DNA of 54,344 nucleotides. Source: a virus (lineage: Duplodnaviria; Caudoviricetes). A program made the translations under genes and the position numbers. The stretch is from IMG/VR virus record IMGVR_UViG_3300023184_000163, positions 1-54,344 of that record; one strand, given 5' to 3'. The notes beneath the pieces were generated by a model. The model was given only the letters and a program-made list of their open reading frames with translations, was not told the DNA's origin and searched no databases. Shown here in pieces: positions 28,701 to 39,300 of this stretch (the first letter of the stretch is position 1; each line of letters starts with the position of its first letter).

Positions 28701-31700
28701 GGTAATTCTAAAATTCCACGGACACTATCTATTAAATTATTTTGTAATGATTTTTTTTGCATATTTAATGCAAATGCTTTGTCTTCTTGTGATACTGTAG
28801 GATCTGCTAAGTATTCTTTAAGTTTATTAAAAGATTTACTATCATTATCTGAAGTAAACATTTGTTCAGGTAATGTACCGTCAGCATTTAAATTTGCCAT
28901 ATATAATGTTAACTTATCAATGTCAAAGTCAGCTCCTGATTTAGCAACTATTTCTGAAGGAGGAATAATAATATTACCGGCTTGTGCAGGTAAAAAATGA
29001 TAAACTTCCATAAACTCCATAGAGTTTAAACCCTGTACTGGTATTCTAACACCAACAATAGTAACTGCTTTTCTATTTTGACCATCATTTAAATTTAACC
29101 ACTCATTATTCTTAATAAGTTCATTTAATTTATCAAGAGTTTTAATTTTATTTCCATCAAGATCATTAAGATTAAGTAAGTTTTCATAATCACCTTGTAT
29201 AGCAATCATTATTTTCATTGCTGCAGTTTTACCATCTTTTTGTTTATGATAAGTTGGTAAAAAATTAGACCCTACATATTTTTTTATATCTTCATCAGAA
29301 CCTAATCTTAATTTAGGTTTTTTAAATGTATTTGTATAAAATGCAGCTGAAACTTGTACTAAAGGTTCTCCATTTATTTGTTGCTTTATAACTCTTTTAT
29401 TAATAATTGACATTATTAATTTTTCAATTTTAGCAGCTTCAGGATGAAGAGATAAGTCAAACTTTAATTGACCTGAATCTAAAACATCAATAAAATCTAT
29501 AAGATGATCTCCTATGACATCATCAATTTCTAAGTTATCTCTTATTAGGTTAGCTAATTTTTCTAAACTATCACTAGACTTAGGTGAATAATTACCGTTG
29601 TTTTCTTCAAAACCTATTTCATTTAATAAATCTAATTTTAAAGTTTCAGTATAATCATTTACATCATTTAAATACTTTTTTACTGCAGGATTTGTAATCT
29701 TATCTTCATTTGTAGTATCTATTATACCTTTTTCATACAAACCTTCTAAAATAATAGCTCTTAATTGAGTTGAAAATATAGAACTTTTTTTGTATGAAGA
29801 ATTTATTTCAGTTTGATTTTTTAAATATTCTGCAAAAATTGTATTTTCAGTAAAAATTACATCTTTATTAAAAGAACCATCTTCATTTATAACTACATCA
29901 CCTTTACCAATATGAGATACTTTAGAACCTGATTCAAATAGTACATAATCTATTCCTTGTTTCATCATAGCATCATGTAACATATCTTGATATCCATTTT
30001 CACTTGATAAATTTGGAATAAGAGGTGATAAAGAAAATTTATGAAAAGATGTAATTGGTAATATTTCAGTTTTAATATTTCCAAAATACTGTAATTTGTA
30101 AGGAGGAAAATATTGTATTACATCTTCTACAGATAAAGAGTCTCCATTTACAATTTTTTTATATAATAACTCTTGATTATCACTCCAGTTACCTTCTAAT
30201 TCTTTTAACATACGATAACTTTCTAAACTGATGTGACCTTGACCATCACCTTCTTTCATGCCTAAATATTCACTTAATGTTTTTTTAGCAATTTCAGCAG
30301 CATTAACATTATCTCCTAATCTTTTTTTAATAGATTCAGTTAATTCTTTTAAATACTCTTTATAATATACAGATTCTTTTATTTCTTTTTCTTTTATAAC
30401 AGCTGTTTTTAATGTACCATCATAATTTTTAATTTTATAATTTTTTTTATTAGCATATAATCTTGGGAAAAAAGATTTATCATTTATATAAAATTGTGCT
30501 TGAATATCAGATCTAAAACCTAGACCACCAGATGCTAAACCAGCATTTCTTTTATGAAACTCTTCTTTATCATGGTTATACTGTACTAAATCACCATAGG
30601 CTAATATAATAGTCTCGTATTTATGTATCCATGAATTATAAGTATAAGCTTTTATTAATACTTCATCTACTTGAAGTTTGTTTAACCCTTGCTCAAAACC
30701 TTTTTCATATAAAGTTTGATCTATAAATCTAGCTGACTCAAGTTTATTTAAATTTAAAGCAGTTTCTTTATTAAAATAATTTAAAATATCTTTTTTAATT
30801 TCTTTTTTTAAATCATAATTTTCTTCTCTTTCTAAATATTCTATTAAATTTTCTTTTATTTTATATAATTTTTCTTTAGTTTCTTCTGTTAAAACATCAT
30901 CAAATGCTGTAAAAACTGATCCAGCCATAACAACAGTACCATTTTGTTTTTCAACTTCTCTACTGTATCCTGCCCAATCAGACATTACATCTATATTATC
31001 ATTAAATCTATTTATTCTTTCTAATTCACCGGCTAAATAACCTAACATAATATAAAAGCCTTCAGTTTCACCTTCTCCACTATTTTTAGGTTTAAAAGAC
31101 TCAATGTCTATATATAAATGATCATCAGATTTATTTGGATATGATTCTATTTTTTGTGAAGATAAAGACATAGCAGTTTGTTTAGAAGCATGTCTCATAA
31201 ACTCTTCAACACCACTTAATAACATTGTATGTAATTCTTGTAAAAACTTACTTGTTCCATCTAAAGCTGCAGTTACTTCACCAGTATACTCATTTTTTTC
31301 AGTATCAATTAATTGTGTTCCGGCAACATTATTTAATGTTAATTTTACATCTACAAATTCTGAACCTTTTTTAACTTTTCTTTTAAGTCCATAATTATCA
31401 GCTTCTATATCATCTAAATAAAAAATAGAATTTAATAATTGTGAATATTTTGAATGAGGATTGTTTTCATTTGACAACCAACGCATGTGTTTATATTTCC
31501 CATTAGGATCAGCTTCTTGTCTTGTAAGTTCTTGAAAACTATTAGCACTATTAATAGATGTAATTACTCTTGTAATAGTATTATCAACTATTTGTTCCCA
31601 TAATCTATTTCCATCAGGGGATAAAACACTAAAATTTGAAAAACCATCAGACCATTGAACTTGTAATTCAGCTAATAATTTTATACTATTATTAACATCA

Positions 31701-34700
31701 TTTTTTTTAGCATTAACTGGTACTAATTCTTTTGGTAAACCTTTTTGTAAATATTCTAATGGATTTTTTTTAAATTTTTGAGAAGCAGCAATTTTACTAA
31801 TATCAGTAGATAAACCTGCATTATGAACAATTTTAACATTTTCTAAGATTAAATCTAATTTAAACTGTTGACGTATTGCTAAAGAATTATTAAATAAACT
31901 ATTTAATTCAGGACTTGTATTATCCATTTCAATTCCAAATACTTTTAAAAAATCTCTAGATTTTTCAGTTTTAAAAACTCCGTTTCTATCACTAAAAGTT
32001 TTTATAATTTTATCAGTATTTAAAAAATTTACACCATCTGCATCTACTTCTATATATGGATTTACTTCAACTGATGCAGATATAAAGTTAGATTTCCAAT
32101 CATTTATAACAGGATATATTGCAAGACTAGCATCTACAACTAATGTATCATATGATGCAATTTCATCTTGAGTAGTTCTACCTTCTTCATCATATTTTCT
32201 TCTTTGAGTAATATTTTTATTAATATTAAACTGTATATATTTAACTCTTGGTTTTTTTAAATCTTTAAAAAAATTAGTTTCAAGAGAAAACTGTAATTTA
32301 TCATTTAATTTTAATTGACTTGGAGGTCTTAAAATATCTAAAAGTTGAATAAACTCAGGATAATTATCTGAAGCATAAGCAATTCTATTATACATATCTT
32401 CATAATCAAAAGAACCTTCAGTTATTTTAGATAGTTTATTCCATATTATATTTAAGTCTTCTAATTGTGGAGTTCCAAAATCATCTAATACTTCTATTAT
32501 AGCACCATCTTCAGTTTTTTGAATTTGATTAATATTTGAAAGCAACATTAATGTTGAAGGAGTTGCAAGATTTTTAGGATTGATAACATTTCCTTTATAA
32601 TCTTGTAAAATTCTTGTATTTTCTAAATCATCTGGATCTTCAAGTAAAACTTCTTGAATAATTTTAAATCTAGATTTTTTTATGTTATAAGCTAATACAT
32701 TATCTTTTTCTTTTCCATTTAATGTTTTAGATATATCTCCAAAATTTTCTAATGCTTTATTTAATAAAACTATATTATTAAATATATTTTCATTTTTAAT
32801 TAAACTTTCAGTTTTATCATCTTCAACTGAATCTACAAGAGAAGTTAAATACTCTAATTGCAATTGTATTCTATCTTTAATAGAATTAAAAGTACTTTCT
32901 TGAAGAACAGGGTCTGAAAATAATCTAATTACACCTGTACTTGATTCTTCATTTGCATTATACTCAGCTATTTCTAATCCTATAAAATTATCAATTGTAT
33001 TATTAATTTTATCTGACTCATCAATAGTAAAATTATTATTTATAGTTTTAAGTCTATTAAGTTTAGAAAACATTATGTTATCCATACTTGGTTTTAAATC
33101 TAATATTTCTCCTTTATAAAGTTGATCAAAATAATTTTTAATATTAGCAATATCTCTTGGTCTAATCATGTCTTGTTGAGTAATTTTACCAAACATTACA
33201 CGTAAAAATTCTTTAATTTTTTTAAATATTTTTCCAATAAAACCAGTATATAAAGTTTCATCTTTCATAAAACTTCTAAAATCTTCAGCTATTATTTCTT
33301 CTATATCTAAATAATCTAATTCTGACCATTTTGGAATTTTTCTCATTTCCTCGTAAAGTCTTGTTTTTTCATCAAGAGTTAAGAACAACTGAGAAAAACC
33401 ATGCCATGCCTCATGATATAAATCAATTGGAGTTGCATTATTAGCTAAATTTAGTGTTATACCATGTTGTGACCATGTTGCAAATGCATTTGAGTTTATT
33501 ACTTCAGAAAGTTTTTCTACAGTGTCAAGGGGAATAAAACTATCTCCATTTTGTTTCTTTGCTTGAGATAAAAAACTTTTTTCCCACCATTCATATATAG
33601 AATCTCTTTGTGCTTTTGTTGTAAATAATTTTTCAAATAAACCTGTTATACCTCTTTCATAATTAATAACTCTTGTTAAAGGTTTATTATTATTATTAAA
33701 TAAATTACGTAATCTATTTGCTAGATCATCAGATGGTTTACCATTTAATTTACTATCATTTTGTTTTTGTGTTTGACCTGATTTTTTTGCATAAACTTTT
33801 TTAGTTGTTTTTTTAGCAAAAGATGTTTTAGTAAAAGATGTTTTAGTAAAAGGTTTTTTAGTTTTTGATTTAGTTTCTGCTACAGCATCTCCAAATCTTT
33901 CTTTAAATTCATTTTTATCTGAAACAACCCATTGACCATTTCTACCAGCTTTATAAATTTTTGTAAATTTCCAACCTGATGGTACGGTAACCTCAACACC
34001 TATACCTAATTTTTTAGCAGCTTTAATAAAAGCTTCAGATACACCTGTTTCACCAGTTGTAACAATTTGAGAAATTGTTCCTTCTAAATCCGGGGAATTA
34101 ACAATACCTTCTAATATACTATACATATATTTATCTATATCAGATTGTGAAAAACCTTTTTTGTATAGTTCAACAATGTTATTTCCTGTAATATTTATTT
34201 TATCTTTTTTAAATCTATTTAATTGCTTTACTAGATTATTAACAACACTATTTAGATTAGGAACTGTATTACTTTTTCTATTTTTTCCAGATAAAGCTAA
34301 AGCAATATATTCTTTTTTATTTGTTGCTTTTGCAATTTTAGCATCACCTGTAATAAAATCAACACCAATATTAAAAGTTATATCTGAATTATTAATATTT
34401 TCTTTTATTTGAAATGCTGAAGATAATTTTTTAATATTATAAATAACATTACCTGGTTCAACAACTATATTTGTTGCATCATCTATATCATTTTTTTCTT
34501 TAGCTTTTTTTGTTTTTGCTTGTACTTGATTAGTAAAAATATTATATTTTGAAGATGTTCCCGCAGGAGTTATTTCAGTAGGTACTAAAAATGACAAATA
34601 AGAATTACCATTTAAAAAATATGCACCAGATTCTGGACTAAATTCAATTTTAATAAAAGGATATATAAATTCAAAATAATTTTTAGAAACTGCAACTATT

Positions 34701-36346
34701 TTATTATCTTTAATAACATAATCTGAAAAATTTTCTTCCATTATATTATTCATAGAAAAATTTAAATTAGCTGGATACACATTAGTTCCAACTTCAACTG
34801 CATTTAATAAATGTTTACTTATTAAATCTTTTGCATTTGGTAAACTTAAATCAACATTTTCACCTTTAATTTTAACTACTAATGTTGTTACGCCATTTAT
34901 TGAAGGTGTATCTATTTCAATATTATTTTTTATTTGATCTGTGTTATAAATTTTTACATTATCACCTAAAAATATTTCTGCATACTTTCTTCTTTGTGCA
35001 GGAGTTAATTCATCACCACGGTATTTTAATTTAGTAGTTAATATATCTGCTATCTTATCAGCTAACTCTTTATTAATATCTCCTCTTTGTAATTTAATAG
35101 TATGATTTATTTCATTATCTCCTATATTTTCAGTAAGTTGCATTTCAACAATACCTCTTTTTTTACCGGCTATATAAGGTTGATTTATTTGATCAAAAGT
35201 TATATTTGTTTCTGAAATAGGAACAAATATTCTAGGACTAAATCCATAACTACCACCAGTAATTTTAAGAACAACTACTTCTTCAGGATTATTTTTAATA
35301 TACTCATGTAAAGTATATAATCTATTTAACTTATCTTTTTGAATTCTTTTAACATTACTAATTTTCTTTTTAATTGTATCTTTTGACATACCAAAAGGTT
35401 CTGTTTCTTTATACAATTTATTTTCAGCATCTACAATGTCAACAGGATCAACTAAACTATACTTATAACCTGATCTATTAGTTAAAGCTAATTTTCCTTC
35501 ATCTAGTACCACATCTCTTATTGCTTGATATACTAGTCTACCTTCATCAGGATCATTAGTAATTTTACCATCTTCTGTAAAATAAATTAAATTACCTTCT
35601 ATATCAGTAATAACATTCATAATACCATTATACTCAGGATTTTTTCTTAAAAACTCAACATCATCAGAAACTAAAAAAGATGTACCATCTGATTTAGTTG
35701 GAAAATTATTTACAAGAAAAGGTCTTTGAGCAAGAGAAACATTATCATAAATTATTTCATTTTGATCAGCAGGTTTATTTTTATTTAAAGTAATAATGTT
35801 TTTAATAACTAAAGCAAACATTTTTTTCTCAGGATCTTGTACATCCTGTTCATCATCATTTGGACTTTTTGTTTTTGAATAATTAATTGTATTAGTTAAT
35901 GGATTATCAACTTTACTTTTTTTCTCAACATTACTAATTTTAGATTCTGATTTTGGATCTTCAATTATAACATCTTGTGATTTTATATTTTTTTGTATTA
36001 TCTTTTGTTTTTGTTCTTTTATGCTAACTTTTTTAGGTGCAAAAAAACTTTTAACATTTTTTAATTCTTCAAATTCAACACTTCGGTTGTAAATAGAATT
36101 AAAATCAAAATTATTTTTTACAAGTTTACTTTTTACAGCTTTTTGATTAGTAACTAAAGTAAATATATCAGGAACAGCCTGTGCATAAAGCAAAGCTTTA
36201 GCAGTATCTTCAGAAGATTTTAAAGCTAAGTCATAAAAAAATTTAATAAAATCATCTACATTAATAATATCATTACTTTTTTGTAACTTAAAATAAATTA
36301 ATTTATATACATCACTTATTTGCTCTTTGTTTAATGCACATGCCAT
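25733..36346 (-). CDS. Virion-type single-chain two-barrel RNA polymerase (phi14:2 gp66 / crAss-like), 3537 aa
   Basis: RIPVQGLNSM followed by AKSGADFDIDKL (DxDxD at 28916-28930), DGQGH, KRNAG, STQLR and VDVEKD; also a HEAWH...EEIIAE zincin motif. Confidence 0.92.
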   Translation of the reverse strand: MACALNKEQISDVYKLIYFKLQKSNDIINVDDFIKFFYDLALKSSEDTAKALLYAQAVPDIFTLVTNQKAVKSKLVKNNFDFNSIYNRSVEFEELKNVKSFFAPKKVSIKEQKQKIIQKNIKSQDVIIEDPKSESKISNVEKKSKVDNPLTNTINYSKTKSPNDDEQDVQDPEKKMFALVIKNIITLNKNKPADQNEIIYDNVSLAQRPFLVNNFPTKSDGTSFLVSDDVEFLRKNPEYNGIMNVITDIEGNLIYFTEDGKITNDPDEGRLVYQAIRDVVLDEGKLALTNRSGYKYSLVDPVDIVDAENKLYKETEPFGMSKDTIKKKISNVKRIQKDKLNRLYTLHEYIKNNPEEVVVLKITGGSYGFSPRIFVPISETNITFDQINQPYIAGKKRGIVEMQLTENIGDNEINHTIKLQRGDINKELADKIADILTTKLKYRGDELTPAQRRKYAEIFLGDNVKIYNTDQIKNNIEIDTPSINGVTTLVVKIKGENVDLSLPNAKDLISKHLLNAVEVGTNVYPANLNFSMNNIMEENFSDYVIKDNKIVAVSKNYFEFIYPFIKIEFSPESGAYFLNGNSYLSFLVPTEITPAGTSSKYNIFTNQVQAKTKKAKEKNDIDDATNIVVEPGNVIYNIKKLSSAFQIKENINNSDITFNIGVDFITGDAKIAKATNKKEYIALALSGKNRKSNTVPNLNSVVNNLVKQLNRFKKDKINITGNNIVELYKKGFSQSDIDKYMYSILEGIVNSPDLEGTISQIVTTGETGVSEAFIKAAKKLGIGVEVTVPSGWKFTKIYKAGRNGQWVVSDKNEFKERFGDAVAETKSKTKKPFTKTSFTKTSFAKKTTKKVYAKKSGQTQKQNDSKLNGKPSDDLANRLRNLFNNNNKPLTRVINYERGITGLFEKLFTTKAQRDSIYEWWEKSFLSQAKKQNGDSFIPLDTVEKLSEVINSNAFATWSQHGITLNLANNATPIDLYHEAWHGFSQLFLTLDEKTRLYEEMRKIPKWSELDYLDIEEIIAEDFRSFMKDETLYTGFIGKIFKKIKEFLRVMFGKITQQDMIRPRDIANIKNYFDQLYKGEILDLKPSMDNIMFSKLNRLKTINNNFTIDESDKINNTIDNFIGLEIAEYNANEESSTGVIRLFSDPVLQESTFNSIKDRIQLQLEYLTSLVDSVEDDKTESLIKNENIFNNIVLLNKALENFGDISKTLNGKEKDNVLAYNIKKSRFKIIQEVLLEDPDDLENTRILQDYKGNVINPKNLATPSTLMLLSNINQIQKTEDGAIIEVLDDFGTPQLEDLNIIWNKLSKITEGSFDYEDMYNRIAYASDNYPEFIQLLDILRPPSQLKLNDKLQFSLETNFFKDLKKPRVKYIQFNINKNITQRRKYDEEGRTTQDEIASYDTLVVDASLAIYPVINDWKSNFISASVEVNPYIEVDADGVNFLNTDKIIKTFSDRNGVFKTEKSRDFLKVFGIEMDNTSPELNSLFNNSLAIRQQFKLDLILENVKIVHNAGLSTDISKIAASQKFKKNPLEYLQKGLPKELVPVNAKKNDVNNSIKLLAELQVQWSDGFSNFSVLSPDGNRLWEQIVDNTITRVITSINSANSFQELTRQEADPNGKYKHMRWLSNENNPHSKYSQLLNSIFYLDDIEADNYGLKRKVKKGSEFVDVKLTLNNVAGTQLIDTEKNEYTGEVTAALDGTSKFLQELHTMLLSGVEEFMRHASKQTAMSLSSQKIESYPNKSDDHLYIDIESFKPKNSGEGETEGFYIMLGYLAGELERINRFNDNIDVMSDWAGYSREVEKQNGTVVMAGSVFTAFDDVLTEETKEKLYKIKENLIEYLEREENYDLKKEIKKDILNYFNKETALNLNKLESARFIDQTLYEKGFEQGLNKLQVDEVLIKAYTYNSWIHKYETIILAYGDLVQYNHDKEEFHKRNAGLASGGLGFRSDIQAQFYINDKSFFPRLYANKKNYKIKNYDGTLKTAVIKEKEIKESVYYKEYLKELTESIKKRLGDNVNAAEIAKKTLSEYLGMKEGDGQGHISLESYRMLKELEGNWSDNQELLYKKIVNGDSLSVEDVIQYFPPYKLQYFGNIKTEILPITSFHKFSLSPLIPNLSSENGYQDMLHDAMMKQGIDYVLFESGSKVSHIGKGDVVINEDGSFNKDVIFTENTIFAEYLKNQTEINSSYKKSSIFSTQLRAIILEGLYEKGIIDTTNEDKITNPAVKKYLNDVNDYTETLKLDLLNEIGFEENNGNYSPKSSDSLEKLANLIRDNLEIDDVIGDHLIDFIDVLDSGQLKFDLSLHPEAAKIEKLIMSIINKRVIKQQINGEPLVQVSAAFYTNTFKKPKLRLGSDEDIKKYVGSNFLPTYHKQKDGKTAAMKIMIAIQGDYENLLNLNDLDGNKIKTLDKLNELIKNNEWLNLNDGQNRKAVTIVGVRIPVQGLNSMEFMEVYHFLPAQAGNIIIPPSEIVAKSGADFDIDKLTLYMANLNADGTLPEQMFTSDNDSKSFNKLKEYLADPTVSQEDKAFALNMQKKSLQNNLIDSVRGILELPQNYISLITPNGTYLLKDIADDLSQYVMDYNPYINRSSDKLNKSVKQKNKDGSKKSSISPTRVFEALYNIYKHESNVVGKRTLGLGAIENKFHTIINSIETNGGAAMPDTFLHNEKERKSMLWLRHNKVFKDGVKLISISNKYDVDKKNKISDVFSQMMNGWVDVEKDAWIFFIQGNYEVAPLLLYLIKTGVPVKEAIYFVSQPLVREYVKEQNLGKSTYADVLGKSPGDPNLIKFNSASNVIKKYFGPETAKSLSTNERRYNKGIELANAVFENRNNDYFTEKEMYNLIKDSKTNPDKISTEFSLAMFLHFLQIEQQITGLTELKMASNPDTSLKVSGSEVEETEANLELLEFNSKLEPDLVNAMQKSSIISSFFMGKLSIAINSLIFPLRYNDAVSSYLITKNSQIRKDTLKTFGKNNTTAFKNSFRNAMISFLFQNAARKYKLSDTYKSYTLNKTIPVSLVDELKFGAYVKEDKKGNKVLYVDEKAIKDDFTRNVFDINSQQKDSYFKRGLYPLSISHFRLDKKSNEGEYIKFVAEREYLRSIYSMSDIKKLYSFNSELKTIKEMYPQFSGTKAERFTYEKFITNKALENTLNPYHMFSDPKEAFAVKFNNIINKYKTELQGNYAIINKIKNEPNAAKTMFNLYVAEKDFTNDISNLYHKNLLDLSNPGIKKVDNDAENIMISDFFSKLPFYAFMQTGINKTKFNFTNIVQYNDFINLVNDESKKLINVLEDNTLANKFLDMLYSRFIRENNRSKTDKGRFQNYLLDFNLDDLSNMKKTSKSDILPSVSTEEDLDVVKTNERYGLMETKNPNVFIMDDINFIPTNYNNVLSKNTDVTFVYPTSIAILQNKAQATGKSVIKNIASEMSIGLPVAQNNMTDNMKDLPSDFYNNIINYYNEQFELINTLVKDGLPVAFLSTGYGSVTEMPKELFIHLSKELYQQPIGFLNPGSTMYKDLQKLVKNRQGISDQEILDNFGLEEDPFTCKI
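33811..33862. repeat. 15-bp tandem repeat (~3.5 copies) in a basic linker of the RNAP protein
   Basis: ttttagcaaaagatg / ttttagtaaaagatg / ttttagtaaaaggtt / ttttagt, encoding TKKPF-TKTSF-TKTSF-AK. Confidence 0.8.
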
Positions 36347-36348
36347 TT

Positions 36349-39300
36349 TTAACAGATTTTAGTATTATTATTAAAGCTTTTTAATAAATCATCTTCTGAT
36401 ACATTATTGTTTTCAAGATAATCTACTATTTTAGATTGTGCATCAGTATCTTTTGAAAATTCATCATATATCATTTGAGAATCTTCAGCATTTTGAATGT
36501 CTTCTTTAGTTAATTCAGTATCATTTTCTAATTCAGCAGCTTCTTCATTCATTTTTATAAAATTTAATTTAAGATCTGTTTGATTAATGTCACCTTTTTC
36601 ACCAGTTATTACATCTTCTACTGTAACATAAGTTTCAGTAACATTTGTAACTTTAACAGGGTTAATATTTGTATTATCAAAGATAGTATTTTTAGGTAAC
36701 AAAAGCATGTTTACATCTAGATTTTCAATAGACATATCTACGTTTAAGTTATTTAATCTATTGTTATAAACATCATGTAATTCATCAGTATTTATACTTA
36801 ATGGATCAGTTTCAATTTGTGTTAGAGCTTCTATATATTTAGTTCTAATTGTATCTATAGTAGCTTTATTAATTGCATCAATAAACTTTTTACCTTTTTT
36901 AGTAGTCTCTATAACATTTTCTTTTTCAGTTGGAATGTTTCCTAATAAAAATGAATTAGATACTAATGTTTCAGTTATTCTTTGTTTTGCTTCAGCATTT
37001 GTAACATTTCTTGTTTTTTGTCCAGAAACTCCTTTTGTTTTTCTACTTCTAGACTTTTCATTCTCAGGTACACTAGTCCTATCGGATACTGCTTGTTGTC
37101 CAAAGACTTTTCCTGATTCTTCTTGGGAACGTTTACTGATTTTTCCATTTTTAGTTAAAGTTATAAGTTGTAAATCATTTATTAAATTATTAATAGCTAT
37201 TATTTGGTTATCTACATCAGTAGAAATATTACCTCTTGTTGTTACTTGAGAAGCTAATTCAGTTAAATCTTCTAAAACAGTATTAGACCAAGTTTTAATA
37301 GCTTTAAGCTCACTATCAGTAATACTAGGAACACCTTCATCAAAAAGTTTATTTAATGCATCAGGATAGTTCTTAGCTAAAATTTCATCTAATTTAATTG
37401 CTAGTCCAGGTGAGTAAGATAATCTAGAAATTTCTTCTAAATCTTTCTTTCTATCATCATTAGTTTTACCTGCATATAATTTAAAATTTTGAGGAGAACT
37501 ATTAATTGCAAAAATGTAATCATTTATATTACCTCCACGCATAGTTCTTTGTGGATTATTATTACTTAATTCTTTAAGAGTTTGCCGTATACCCTTTAAG
37601 TCCATTGTTAATTTACCTATAGTATTAACATTACTATTAAATTTCTCAGAAGGTTCATCTGTAGAAGTGGTAAAAGATTTATTTTCTTTTTGTAATTGTT
37701 GTATAGTATTAAGTATAGTATTTTCTTCTTTTTCTAATTTTGCAATTTCTGCATCATTAACATCATATGTAAGAGAAGCAATAATATTTGGATCAGTACC
37801 TGAGTAGTTAACTCTATATAAAACATCATTAATTAATACAGTATTTTTATTTAAAATTCTAGTTGTATATGAAACATTATTAATAATAATAGTTTCAAAT
37901 ACTTTTTTAGTTGTTTTAACTTGAGATAAACCAACATTATTTAAACTTAACTTTGGATTAGTTACTGCAATTGACTCATAATATAAATCTATAATTTTAG
38001 ATTTAGTTGGTACTTCTACTATATCAGCTTTAGTATCTGTAGTAGAAGTAAGTTGTTTTTCAAGGTCAACAATTTGTTGTTTTATATTATTAGCTTTATC
38101 AACATTTCCAAATTCACCCTCTTCAGTTTTTAAATTTTCTTTTAAAGTATTAATAGCAATTTTAAGAGTATCTTGATCTGCAGTAAAATCTTGTTTGGTC
38201 AAGTCTTCTGAAACAGTTGTTTTTGTTTCATATGTTTTTATAGGATCAATTTGTATACTAAAGGTTCCATTGTCATTAAAAATTAATGTGCCAATTTCAC
38301 CATTGTATAAAACTTTTTTTCCAATGTTATCTTTTAAAGATGTAGATGCACCAATTTCTTCTACAAGTTCATCTGTTGTTTCTATTGTGTCAACATCACT
38401 TATAACAGGAGTTTTTAAAGGAACAATTGATTCAACTTCATTAAAATAATCTAATTCATATGTAGTTAAATCAGAATCTGATACAATATCAGAAAGTTTT
38501 GCACTTAATAAATTACCTTCTCTATCATAGTTAACTTCAATAGGAAGTAAAGAAATTCTTTCTGGCATTATACCAGTCATATTATAAAATAAATTTCTAT
38601 AAATAGATTGTTGAATCCTAAAATATAACTTTTTGCTATACTTACTTGTATCTGTTAATTTAATAACGTCTGCATTACTATTTATTTCAGCTTCAGTTTT
38701 TCCTTCATTATTTAATTTAGTTTTTAATTTTTCTAAATTATTTTCAGCAATAATAGATTTCCAACTTTTTCCTAATAAAGCTTTTACATCTATAATACTA
38801 AACTTACCTTCAGCAGATATTGCAATTAAATCTGTTTCTCCAACTAATCCATTTTCAAATAGTGACTTATCAAATAACATATCACTTGCACTAACAATCA
38901 TATATTTACCATCAATAACACCATCTCTAAAATTAGTTATTATTCCATGGTTACCAAATAAACTATCAAATGCACTTTGAGACATTTTTTCAGGTTTTAC
39001 AATTTTTTTAAATTGTAAACCTTCACGAGTTAAAAAATCTTTTATTAAAACATCAAGCATGTTTCCTACATCTGCTGCTTCTTGATAAGCTGCTCTTTGA
39101 ATTACAGCAATTACATTTTCTCTTGAAAAATCTTTAGTTAACTCTTTTTCAATTTTTTCAAACTTAATAGGGTTTAATGTTAATGAATCTTTACTTCTAA
39201 AAACATTTGATTTAGCAGAATTTAAAACTTTAAGTTTAAAAGCTTGAATAAAAATATCTAATTTATCTTCATCTTTAATACTGGCATCTGCCATTATTGC

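Noticed and set aside
2282-36346. Inteins in helicase, PolB or RNAP, including the terminal Cys as split-intein ends
   Set aside because: Catalytic motifs are contiguous, no Hint-type C...HN blocks were seen, and Cys at position 3 or at the extreme C-terminus does not fit intein junction chemistry.
25728-36348. Programmed frameshift or readthrough fusing the giant ORFs
   Set aside because: Each ORF has a clean TAA and its own ATG with an A-rich leader, and no stimulatory structure was seen; translational coupling is sufficient.
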